In this document: positions 8,917 to 19,194 of the stretch, piece after piece
How the letters are laid out: each line of letters begins with the position of its first letter
Numbering within the stretch: the stretch's first letter is position 1
Source of the DNA: an uncultured Lentisphaeria bacterium
GTDB taxonomy: Bacteria > Verrucomicrobiota > Lentisphaeria > JABSQK01 > JAJFLO01
Length of the DNA: 32,000 nt
Direction of reading: 5' to 3'
Assembly: GCA_951812855.1 (NCBI GenBank)
Contig: OX638337.1
Coordinates: forward strand, 300,001 to 332,000
Program-made: the position numbers and the translations under genes
The notes under the pieces: model-generated
The model's database searches: none
What the model saw: the letters and a program-made list of their open reading frames with translations, nothing else
Told to the model about the DNA's origin: nothing

Positions 8917-9393
8917 CTACAGCTGCTTCATTAAATTAGCCATTTCTATTGCACATTCAGCTGCTTCCGTTCCTCTGTTACCAACTTTTGATCCGCTGCG
9001 TTCTATCGCATGTTCAATAGTTTCTGCAGAAACTATTCCAAATATTATCGGCAATGAATTTTTCATTCCGATTTCAGCAAGTCCACTTGTAACCTGGCCG
9101 GTGATAAATTGTGCATGCGATGTCGCTCCCTGAATCACGACCCCGAGAGCAATGATAGCGTCAAACTTTTTACTTTCAGCTAATCGTTGAACCACTAAAG
9201 GGATTTCAAATGATCCCGGCACCCAACATACAGTAACATTATCAGGCTCACCTCCATGCCGGGTTATACAGTCTACTGCACCATCTAAGAGTTTTGTTAC
9301 AAAAAAATCATTAAACCTGGCACAAACGATACTGAACTTTAGATTTTCCGCCTGAAGGCTGCCTTCAATAATATTTGATGAATTTATTTCCAT
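8917..9393 (-). CDS. ribH: 6,7-dimethyl-8-ribityllumazine synthase
   Basis: FSIVCARFNDFFVTKLLDGA...WVPGSFEIPLV...DAIIALGVVIQGATSHAQFI...GIVSAETIEHAIERSG are RibH signature blocks. Confidence 0.95.
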   Translation of the reverse strand: MEINSSNIIEGSLQAENLKFSIVCARFNDFFVTKLLDGAVDCITRHGGEPDNVTVCWVPGSFEIPLVVQRLAESKKFDAIIALGVVIQGATSHAQFITGQVTSGLAEIGMKNSLPIIFGIVSAETIEHAIERSGSKVGNRGTEAAECAIEMANLMKQL

Positions 9394-9544
9394 TATAATT
9401 CTACCTTGATTTTACCAAAATTTGATTGACCTGAGAAAAATTGAATTGAACCGGAAAGTTGTAAAATTCAGCCATACTTTAACACCTGTCAGCAAATTTT
9501 TCTGTTTAAAACCTTTGAACTCAATCGTATTTTAGATTTGATCA

Positions 9545-10741
9545 TTAAAGAAGGTGACCCAATCGTTTCTTTTTAGTTTTTAAATAAAATTCATTTTGAA
9601 CTTTTGGCTGGATAATAATTGGAATTCGATTATTTATGTTTATACCGAATTCACTTATATCCGATAACTTGGTTGGATTGTTTGTTAATAATCGAATATT
9701 ATCAACCTCCAGATCTTTCAAAATTTGTGCAGCGACACTGTATTCTCTCATATCCGGGGGAAAGCCAAGTTTTTCATTTGCTTCAACGGTATCCAATCCC
9801 TGTTGATCTTGAAGAGTATATGCTTGAATTTTCTTGATTAATCCAATTCCCCTTCCTTCCTGTCGCAAATAAATTAATATTCCTTTACCCCCTTTTACAA
9901 TTTGTCTCAATGCAAATTCAAGTTGATCTCCACAATCACATCGGGCTGAATGAAAAACATCACCCGTCAAACATTCACTGTGAATTCTGACGAGAACATC
10001 ATCCTGATTTTCGATTTCACCATAAACCAGTGCTATATGTTCCTGTCTATCGACTTTTGAGATATAACAGTGCAGGTCAAAATCATTATCCGCATAGCGA
10101 GTTGGCATTTTCACTGTTCCCGTCTTTTTAATGAGACGTTCATGTTTTTGACGAAAACCGATAAGCTGTTTAATAGAACACCATTTTAGCCTATGCTTTT
10201 TCACAAATTTATCTAAATCAGTCAACCGGGCCATTGTACCATCATCATTCATGATTTCACATATGACACCTGTTTCATTGCAGCCGGCTAATCGTGCAAG
10301 ATCAAGAGCAGCTTCGGTGTGTCCTGGTCTTTCCAGTACCCCCCTCTCACATCCGATAAGCGGGAAAACATGACCCGGAAAATCAAAGTCCTCTCTTGAG
10401 GCAGTTGGTTTCGAAAGCAAATTAATTGTTCGAGCTCGGTCTGCTGCTGAAATTCCTGTCGAAATATCTCTGGCCGCGTCAATGGATATGGTAAAGGCGG
10501 TATTAAATTTATCCTGAGTAACTGCCATTTTTGATAAATCAAGCTGTGCAGCTTTTTCTCTGGTAATGGGTGCACAAATTAGACCGCGACCCCATTTTGC
10601 CATAAAATTTATAGTGTCCGGAGTCGCTTTATCCCCGGCCATAATGAGATCACCTTCATTCTCTCTATTTTCATTATCCACAACAACAACGATTTTGCCG
10701 CTATGAATATCACTAATTACTTCTTCAATCGTATTAAACAT
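9545..10741 (-). CDS. ribBA: bifunctional 3,4-dihydroxy-2-butanone-4-phosphate synthase / GTP cyclohydrolase II
   Basis: DHBP synthase half: [17 protein letters not shown]...GLICAP...RPGHTEA. GCH-II half: [23 protein letters not shown]...[14 protein letters not shown]. Confidence 0.95.
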   Translation of the reverse strand: MFNTIEEVISDIHSGKIVVVVDNENRENEGDLIMAGDKATPDTINFMAKWGRGLICAPITREKAAQLDLSKMAVTQDKFNTAFTISIDAARDISTGISAADRARTINLLSKPTASREDFDFPGHVFPLIGCERGVLERPGHTEAALDLARLAGCNETGVICEIMNDDGTMARLTDLDKFVKKHRLKWCSIKQLIGFRQKHERLIKKTGTVKMPTRYADNDFDLHCYISKVDRQEHIALVYGEIENQDDVLVRIHSECLTGDVFHSARCDCGDQLEFALRQIVKGGKGILIYLRQEGRGIGLIKKIQAYTLQDQQGLDTVEANEKLGFPPDMREYSVAAQILKDLEVDNIRLLTNNPTKLSDISEFGININNRIPIIIQPKVQNEFYLKTKKKRLGHLL

Positions 10742-11088
10742 GTTAATTCCCTGAAATGAATCTCGTCTGTATGGATGAATTACATTTCCAATTTTATTCT
10801 AATCCTGTAGAATTGCACACTATAGTTTTATTAGTATACTTGACCAGCGTGGTAAAATACAAATATATAAAAATTGAATTTAATGAGTCAAATTTTTAGC
10901 ACTATCACTTTTATAACATTCAATCACGAAATATCTATATATTTTATTAGCACAATCAAATAAATAAATTTTTTCCCTGTAGCCGTTGAAGGCCAAAACC
11001 TGATTATTTTAAAGACATATTGTTGGAAAACAAATTGATTGGTTGTACTATCTAACGAATAATTTTAGGGGGAAGATAACTACAGTAA

Positions 11089-12399
<1,311 letters not shown>

Positions 12400-12415
12400 C
12401 ATTGTGTGAGTAAAA

Positions 12416-13099
12416 ATGAATAAAAAAAATAATTCTGTGCCTGACTGGGATAACTGTGATAATTGGAGAGAATGCGACTGGGAAAACGCGTTAAAATATA
12501 GCGATGACCTGGCATCTCAATATTTTCACATGCTTGAACAATACAGCGACCTGCCTTATGCCGAAGATCTGATCGCTAAAAAATTGAACGAAAAAAACAT
12601 GGTACCCTGCGACCATGTTTTTGGCGATTATGAATGGTACACAGATTCAAAAGAACAGGACGATTTTGACGATGATTTTATTGATCCTGAAGTCGAAATC
12701 GGGGGAAGCCAGCCTGGCGATTCATTGTTTTATGAAACAAGTCCAATATATCAGAAAGCAAGCCAGATTACTCTGGGCTGGTGCAACGTCCTGTCATCAG
12801 TGTTGAGCCCTGACGACAGGTTTCGGGGGCTTAATGTTCTCTTTCATATGGGGAGAATGTTGTCATTTATTTCTTTAAGTATTTCTGATGGCACTTATGA
12901 ACATATCAATGGGAACATGATATTTACAAAACGAGCATTAAACCTGGTTAATCAAATATTGGGCGAATTGAAGAAAATGGAAAAAAAATGCTCCCGATAT
13001 ACCACAGTATTTGATATCGTCCAGAAACACCTCCTTGAATGTCATGATCTGCTCATTGATTATTTATTGGAATGTAAAGACCGGCAAAAGAAAGGCTGA
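12416..13099 (+). CDS. hypothetical protein with an acidic, Trp/Cys-containing N-terminal half; no family recognised
   Basis: A 227-aa ORF starting 16 nt after eno on the same strand. No motif I can name. The coding call rests on length, position and composition only. Confidence 0.5.
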   Translation: MNKKNNSVPDWDNCDNWRECDWENALKYSDDLASQYFHMLEQYSDLPYAEDLIAKKLNEKNMVPCDHVFGDYEWYTDSKEQDDFDDDFIDPEVEIGGSQPGDSLFYETSPIYQKASQITLGWCNVLSSVLSPDDRFRGLNVLFHMGRMLSFISLSISDGTYEHINGNMIFTKRALNLVNQILGELKKMEKKCSRYTTVFDIVQKHLLECHDLLIDYLLECKDRQKKG

Positions 13100-13176
13100 T
13101 ACCCGAATATGCTGTCAATCCTATTTTTATACCGTCTTCCCACCCCGACAAAACCCCATTCAGTTCAGTATAACCA

Positions 13177-14157
13177 ATGATAGTTTCCATTATTAAATCC
13201 TGTAAAATATGTTGTCTTCTTCTTATCACTGTTCTGACGTCATTTGAAAGTATTGCAGAATTCTCGATTCGATCCCAAAAAATTGGAGGTACAAATTTTT
13301 TATATCTTCATGATGTTGCAAACTATTTCGGATTGAATATTAGGGGACAGAAGAAAAACTATTCGGTCTATTCTGATCAGCATAATATCAAAATTACTCT
13401 GGGAAGCAGAAAATTTTCGATAAATTCTATCGTTGCATATTTTGCAAATGCTCCACGATTAAGCAAAAATGTTTTACTGATTTCAGAACCCGATATGACA
13501 CTGTTTATTGACCCTATTTTAAGACCAAATGGTCTGCCTCAGCATTCAATTAATCGGATTGTGATCGATCCTGGTCATGGGGGGAAAGATAAGGGCGCAA
13601 TTGGAGACCGGTATCTTGAAAAAAATATTAACCTGTCCATTTCTAAGTATCTGGCGGCGATGCTCGAGAAAAAGGGATATAATGTTTTATTGACTCGACA
13701 TAATGATTCCTATATCTCGCTCAAGAGACGAGGTAACATTACACGAGAGTTTAATGGCGACTTATTCATCAGTGTTCACTGTAATGCCGTGACTCGGTCC
13801 AATGTCAGTGGTGTTGAATCCTATATTGTAACTCCCAAAGGTCTCCGGTCGACTGGAAAAACCCGCATTCAGTCGAAAAATGTCTCGGGAAATCGATTCG
13901 ATAAATTAAATGCCCGATTCGCGTTTGAGCTTCACAAGCGGATATTATCGGTAACAAACTCCATTGACCGTGGAATTAAGTATAACAGGTTTCAGGTTTT
14001 AAGAGAAGCAAGTTGTCCAGCAATTTTAGTAGAAACGGGATTTCTGTCAAATCCAGGGGAAGAAAAAGCATTGGCAAATTCATCTTACCAGAAAAAGATT
14101 GCCATAAGTTTAGCTAATGGCGTAATTGCTTTTCATAATGCGTTAAATAACAATTAA
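13177..14157 (+). CDS. N-acetylmuramoyl-L-alanine amidase (Amidase_3 family) with an N-terminal accessory domain
   Basis: IVIDPGHGGKDKGAIG...NINLSISKYL...LTR..D..ISL..R...........LFISVHCNA...GVESYI...ILVETGFLSNPGEE are Amidase_3 (AmiA/B/C-type) zinc-ligand blocks. Hydrophobic N-terminal signal. Confidence 0.85.
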   Translation: MIVSIIKSCKICCLLLITVLTSFESIAEFSIRSQKIGGTNFLYLHDVANYFGLNIRGQKKNYSVYSDQHNIKITLGSRKFSINSIVAYFANAPRLSKNVLLISEPDMTLFIDPILRPNGLPQHSINRIVIDPGHGGKDKGAIGDRYLEKNINLSISKYLAAMLEKKGYNVLLTRHNDSYISLKRRGNITREFNGDLFISVHCNAVTRSNVSGVESYIVTPKGLRSTGKTRIQSKNVSGNRFDKLNARFAFELHKRILSVTNSIDRGIKYNRFQVLREASCPAILVETGFLSNPGEEKALANSSYQKKIAISLANGVIAFHNALNNN

Positions 14158-14345
14158 CCAGAATTCCGAACAAACTGTCCCGAACGGAAAATTTTTGTCA
14201 ACTCTACATTATCCAGAGTCTGTCTTATAAAATGTAACATACTTGAGTTAAGTAAGATGTGACCCGGATTATATTGTTATGCACAGTAATAATTGGTCAT
14301 AATGTCTAAAAATAACAATTATAATCAAAAAAGAGGGCCACATGT

Positions 14346-14619
14346 TTAGAAACTGTTATACCCTTCCAGCCTGAACTTGTCACTGCAATACCAAACGTTG
14401 TCAATAATAAAGAGTTTACTCAATATTGTCGGGATAATTTTACAAGAATTATTACGTGGTTTAAGTCGTCGGTCAGCCGGGAACTCAACTATCGGCACAG
14501 ACATATTGCCCGGGCAGTTTTGCCACACATATGGGTATTGGCCCGGTTGCCAAAAACTCAGCAAGAACATTCAGCAAAATCGGCGTAAACGGTTTGACCG
14601 AACATTGGACGTTCAACAT
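14346..14619 (-). pseudogene. candidate decayed PII nitrogen-regulatory protein (glnB/glnK-like) remnant; needs one frameshift and carries internal deletions
   Basis: Frame A, from the ATG at 14619: MLNVQCSVKPFTPILLNVLAEFLATGPIPICVAKLPGQ. E. coli GlnB for comparison: [39 protein letters not shown]. The Met, [IV]4, [IV]8, KPF9-11, K34 and G37 are co-linear.
Frame B: VPIVEFP resembles YMVDFLP, SC resembles TC, TIL resembles TII, SKLFIIDNV resembles GKIFVFDVA, and KFRLEG resembles RIRTGE.
The T-loop and the TGKIGDG block are largely missing. The GlnB sequence is recalled from memory and no alignment statistics were computed. Confidence 0.4.
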
Positions 14620-14784
14620 AGACAAAACCAACGACTTTAAAAATGGTAATAACAGTGAAATTCCCGATTTTTTATGAAAGGATCTCTTCGGTAGACTTAA
14701 AAATTGATAATCGTAACAGGACAGTCTAAAATTAAATCTGATCATTATTGAAAATCAGCTTTTCCAAGACAAGCTCTAAGTAAT

Positions 14785-17700
14785 ATGAAATTTGATTCCA
14801 ATCAAGAAAAGGAAATATCGACATTATTTTCCAAGCTGCCGGATAATATGGGTCACTGTGCGGACAGCCTCAAGTCCCGACTTCATGAACTCTTTTCATG
14901 TAAATTATTAGAAGCAGATAAGCGAAAACAATTATCTTACCACCTAGTGGAAATTTTGCCCCAACTGCCGGACCCGGTTCAAGCTTCAACTTTGTTATCA
15001 ATTCTATTTCAACGGATTGATTCAAAAAAAGAATTTACATTTATTTTCACTGAACATGTTCTGCACCAATTGTTAGCATTATTTTCGTTTTCAGGGAATT
15101 TTTCTAATTTCATTCTAAAATATCCCAATACGATAAATAGTATTTTCCCGATCGAAAAGGAATCTCTCAAAGATGTTTCCGACAGATACAATAAAATTTT
15201 AGACCAACCAGAAAACGATCCAAAAAAATGGCTGCGACTGTTCAAAGCAAGGGAATTTATAAAAATTGCCTTAGGCGATTATTTAAAATTCGATAATTTC
15301 CAGGAGTCGACGCATAAAATTTCGATGGTGGCTGATATCTGTTTGCAAAAAGCATTGGATTTTGCTGACATTAATAATTCTGATATTGCAATCATGGCAA
15401 TGGGGAAACTGGGCGGTTTCGAATTAAACTACAGTTCGGATATTGACTTACTGTTTGTAGGCAATAACAGACTAAGTTCCGACGAGATTTATCAATTGCA
15501 AAAAAAATTAGTCAACTTCCTTCATCTCATCACCCAATCAACAGAAGACGGTTTTGTTTTTCGAGTTGACAACCGATTACGACCAGAAGGCTCTACCGGA
15601 TCGTTACTTAGAACATTAGAACACTACCTTGAATATTACCAGAAACGCGGTGCACAATGGGAATTTCAAGCACTGATAAAAGCACGATACAGCGGTGGTT
15701 CCAAAGCTGTAGCTGATGAATTCATTAAATCCACCCGTCCTCTTGTTTACAATACAACAATTTCATCTGAAGAATTGCTGCAGAGTGTACGGGACATGAA
15801 ACGTAAAATAGAAACCTGCCTCGTCAGTAAAAATAAGACAAATAAGAATGTAAAATTAGGCAGAGGTGGAATCAGAGATATTGAATTCATTGTGCAGTTT
15901 CTACAATTACACCATGGCCGAATTAACAAGAATCTAAGAGTGGCTGATACTCTCACAGCAATACAGAGATTGTCTGCACATCGTATAATTAAGACTGAAG
16001 AAAAAAATGTTCTTCAGCGAGAGTATATTTTTCAGAGAAAACTTGAGCATTGTCTGCAAATGACTGATAACCTCCCGGTACGTCAATTACCCCGGGACTT
16101 CAAAATATTGGATATACTGGCCCGGAAATTAGGCAAAAAAAACTCGAAAACCAAATCTGCGGCATTGCAATTGGAAACTCAATATCATAATTCCACACTG
16201 AAGATTCGTAATATCTTCAATAATTTTTTTAATACGACGATTGAGTTCCTTGAGAAGAAAAAAATTGTAAGAGAAACCTGCCCAGAAATTAAATCAGATA
16301 TTCTAAACAATCACTTTACACGGTTAGAGAGTGATTATTTTTTAAAATTCAATGTTAATGAAATTATTCAACACATTCACATGATTAGTCACTTATCACC
16401 AAATCAGCTATGCGATGTCAGTGTAGAAAAAGTTAAAGATATTACCAAAGTCACAATCGCAGCCTTTGATTATATTGGTCAGTTTGCCAAAATATGCGGG
16501 CTTTTTTCCGCTTACGGTCATAATATTGAAAATGGAGAATCATTTACCTATTCTGCACCGGCAAAAAAGAGTGCACTTGAAAAAAACACATTTTATCGAA
16601 GACCTGGAAAACGTTATTATTCTCTTAAATCTCTCCCCGAAAAAAATCATTTTGATGAACGAAAAATTGTTTGTGTTGCGAACCTGAAACGCAATTCCTC
16701 CGCCAGAAAAGAAGATGTATCATGGAATGATTTTCAAAGAGAATTAGAAGAGTTACTAACACTTCTGCGTGATCAAAAACACGATGAAGCAAGTGAACGA
16801 ATTACGTTACGGGTAATTAGTTCGCTAAATAAAAATCCTGAAAAGAATGAGATATTACGGGCACTGCCGCCTATTTTTTATACCTTCGACAACAACTCTG
16901 ACCAACAGTACACCATTCTCGAAATCGTCAGTCCAGACAAAGTACTGTTTCTCTTTGACTTTTTTAATGCATTGGCAATTAAAGGTTATTACATCGGAAA
17001 AGTAGAATTTCAAACCATACAGGGAACACTTCGGGATCGATTATTTCTGACAACAAAAAATGGTAAAAAAATCATTTCTGAAAAGAAAAAAAGAAATCTT
17101 AGACAAACCATGACAATGATCAAACAATTTTCCCAGTTCCTTCCATATGCACCGAATCCATTACTGGCATTAAAACAATTTAATGATTTACTCGAATGCT
17201 CACTGGAAGTAAAACAAAAAGGTATGATTCCAATCATTGAACAAGAAGATATCATGGAAGCACTGGCCAGAATTTTGGGAACCAGTTCATTTCTGTGGGA
17301 GGATTTCATTAGAATGCAGCATGAAAATCTTTTACATTTACTTGATGATGCAAGTCAGCTCGATAAACCACATGATCCCATAGAACTTGGAAACGTGCTT
17401 AAAAAGCAACTGAGTCAGTGCAAAAATCACAAGTCTTTTGTCAAAGTACTCAATGAATTCAAGGATAAAGAAATGTTCAGAATTGATTTGCGCCACCTCA
17501 CCCGCCGCATAAAACATTTCCGTGATTTCTGCAAAGAACTAAGTGATTTGGCTGATATTGTAACAAATGAAGCTTATTTCATTGCACTAAAGTACGTAGA
17601 AGAAAAAATGAATTGCAAGGAACCCGGTTTGTCAGGAATCTATGCCCTGGGAAAATGGGGCGGAAGGGAAATTGGCTATGCATCTGATATTGAAATACTA

Positions 17701-18471
17701 TTTATCTGGGACACCAGTGAGGATGAAAAGAATACTCATTTAACATTTTATGAACAGACTGCTCAAATAATGACACAATGTATTAAAACCAAGCAGGACG
17801 GGATTTTTGAACTTGATTTCCGATTAAGACCTGGAGGTAAAAATTCATATCTGACAACGTCCTGCAACCGATTTACAAACTATTTTTCTCAAGATGGCGA
17901 GGCTGATTTTTACGAACGTCAGGCCTTAATAAGGTTACGGCCTGTAGCAGGCAAAAAAAATCTGCACCGAAAAATAGAAAACCATCGCTTAAGTTATGTT
18001 TTTGGTTCTCTGCCGATAAATATAGATAGAATCAGCCACCTGAGGACACGACAGGAAACCGAATTAGTGCAAGCACAAAATATCAATGCAAAATTTAGTG
18101 CCGGAGGGTTAGTTGATGCAGAATATTATATCCAGATTTTACAGATGAAATATGGCAGTAAACACAAAGATATTCGCAGCACAAATACGCTTATAGCTGC
18201 AAAAGCATTAAAAAGACATAAAATTATCAGTCCGGAAGATTACAACAGATTGGACGAGGGTTACCGGTTCCTTCGTGCACTCATTAACGGGTTAAGGATC
18301 GTTCGGGGAAACGCAAGAGACCTTGTTATCCCTCCACCTGATTCTCAAGAATTTCAGTTCTTAATAAGAAGATTGGAAAGTTTTGAACATCCTCCCGGAA
18401 TTGATGATGCCTGGCAATATATCAAATTGCAGATGCAGATTGTTCACCAACTTTTCAAGAGTTTAAGCTAA
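14785..18471 (+). CDS. glnE: glutamine synthetase adenylyltransferase / adenylyl-removing enzyme (GlnE) with an inserted GlnD-like linker and two ACT-like domains
   Basis: Two GlnE nucleotidyltransferase repeats: GKLGGFELNYSSDIDLLFV...FRVDNRLRPEGSTGSL...WEFQALIKAR, and GKWGGREIGYASDIEILFI...ELDFRLRPGGKN...YERQALIRLR. Each is followed by a GlnE helical domain (KLGRGGIRDIEFIVQFLQL and KFSAGGLVDAEYYIQILQM). The central insert is described in the findings. Confidence 0.9.
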   Translation: MKFDSNQEKEISTLFSKLPDNMGHCADSLKSRLHELFSCKLLEADKRKQLSYHLVEILPQLPDPVQASTLLSILFQRIDSKKEFTFIFTEHVLHQLLALFSFSGNFSNFILKYPNTINSIFPIEKESLKDVSDRYNKILDQPENDPKKWLRLFKAREFIKIALGDYLKFDNFQESTHKISMVADICLQKALDFADINNSDIAIMAMGKLGGFELNYSSDIDLLFVGNNRLSSDEIYQLQKKLVNFLHLITQSTEDGFVFRVDNRLRPEGSTGSLLRTLEHYLEYYQKRGAQWEFQALIKARYSGGSKAVADEFIKSTRPLVYNTTISSEELLQSVRDMKRKIETCLVSKNKTNKNVKLGRGGIRDIEFIVQFLQLHHGRINKNLRVADTLTAIQRLSAHRIIKTEEKNVLQREYIFQRKLEHCLQMTDNLPVRQLPRDFKILDILARKLGKKNSKTKSAALQLETQYHNSTLKIRNIFNNFFNTTIEFLEKKKIVRETCPEIKSDILNNHFTRLESDYFLKFNVNEIIQHIHMISHLSPNQLCDVSVEKVKDITKVTIAAFDYIGQFAKICGLFSAYGHNIENGESFTYSAPAKKSALEKNTFYRRPGKRYYSLKSLPEKNHFDERKIVCVANLKRNSSARKEDVSWNDFQRELEELLTLLRDQKHDEASERITLRVISSLNKNPEKNEILRALPPIFYTFDNNSDQQYTILEIVSPDKVLFLFDFFNALAIKGYYIGKVEFQTIQGTLRDRLFLTTKNGKKIISEKKKRNLRQTMTMIKQFSQFLPYAPNPLLALKQFNDLLECSLEVKQKGMIPIIEQEDIMEALARILGTSSFLWEDFIRMQHENLLHLLDDASQLDKPHDPIELGNVLKKQLSQCKNHKSFVKVLNEFKDKEMFRIDLRHLTRRIKHFRDFCKELSDLADIVTNEAYFIALKYVEEKMNCKEPGLSGIYALGKWGGREIGYASDIEILFIWDTSEDEKNTHLTFYEQTAQIMTQCIKTKQDGIFELDFRLRPGGKNSYLTTSCNRFTNYFSQDGEADFYERQALIRLRPVAGKKNLHRKIENHRLSYVFGSLPINIDRISHLRTRQETELVQAQNINAKFSAGGLVDAEYYIQILQMKYGSKHKDIRSTNTLIAAKALKRHKIISPEDYNRLDEGYRFLRALINGLRIVRGNARDLVIPPPDSQEFQFLIRRLESFEHPPGIDDAWQYIKLQMQIVHQLFKSLS

Positions 18472-19118
18472 TGCAAAAACGACGAGTTAAACGAAAACTG
18501 CCCCCCGGCTCAATTTTTATGATTTCATTAATGATGAAATCGATTTGTAAATCCTTAAGACTGTCAATCTCTGACTCGAATGGAGTATTCACGTGTACCT
18601 GGAACAAACCGACTATTTACATAGGCTGGCATAACCGATTGCTATGCCTCCCATATTTTCTCCCGATAACGTGCCGAAAAAATAATTTCGCGTTAACCAG
18701 CCAATCCAGAGATGGTGAATACATAGCCGACTATCTTAAATCCATAAACTTCCAAATTATCAGAGGATCGAGCAGTAGAGGTGGAATGAAAGCACTTATT
18801 CAATTAAAGAAACAACTAGAAAACGGTTCGTCCGTCATGATTGCAGTCGACGGCCCAAGAGGTCCGAAATACGAAGTCCAGCAGGGAGCAGCCTGGATTG
18901 CCTGCAAAACGGGAGCACCTATTGTTCCACTTAGTCTCAACACAAAAAAACATTGGAAATTAAAGAGTTGGGACAGTACTCAGATCCCGAAGCCATTTAC
19001 AGAAGCCGAATTAGTGGCAGGTGATCACTTTTATGTAGAATCTGACAATAAAAGTGAATTTGATTCCGCTCTTAAGACAATTAAGGAGAGACTAATGGAA
19101 ATTACGAACCTGGATTAA
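18471..19118 (+). CDS. DUF374 / lysophospholipid acyltransferase (LPLAT)-like family protein
   Basis: ALTSQSRDGEYIADYLKSINFQIIRGSSSRGGMKAL..L...L..G.SVMIAVDGPRGPKYEVQQGAAWIACKTGAPIVPL matches the DUF374 pattern (SxSxDGE...RGSSxRGG...DGPRGP). The ATG overlaps the glnE stop by 1 nt (TAATG). Confidence 0.65.
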   Translation: MQKRRVKRKLPPGSIFMISLMMKSICKSLRLSISDSNGVFTCTWNKPTIYIGWHNRLLCLPYFLPITCRKNNFALTSQSRDGEYIADYLKSINFQIIRGSSSRGGMKALIQLKKQLENGSSVMIAVDGPRGPKYEVQQGAAWIACKTGAPIVPLSLNTKKHWKLKSWDSTQIPKPFTEAELVAGDHFYVESDNKSEFDSALKTIKERLMEITNLD

Positions 19119-19194
19119 TCATAAATTTGTTCCAGCCTGATAATACACGACCTGAAATTGCCAGGTTATAATTTAGATTCACTTATTGTATCAC

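Noticed and set aside
14164-14197. Possible rho-independent terminator after the amidase gene (TTCCG...CGGAA followed by AATTTTTG).
   Set aside because: It has only a 5-bp stem with a 16-nt loop, which is too weak to call.
14158-14784. The long intergenic region with GC-rich core might encode a housekeeping structured RNA (RNase P RNA, tmRNA, SRP/4.5S RNA or 6S RNA).
   Set aside because: On neither strand could I find the diagnostic strings. Missing were GAGGAAAGUCCGGGC, AGAUGAAUG and ACAGAAxCCGGCUUA (RNase P), GGUUCGA...CUCCACCA (tmRNA), and GGUCAGGUCCGGAAGGAAGCAGCC (SRP). CCCGGCUGACCGAC on the minus strand is only a partial look-alike. The PII-remnant reading explains the GC rise and the overlapping ORFs better. 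6S RNA cannot be excluded by eye.
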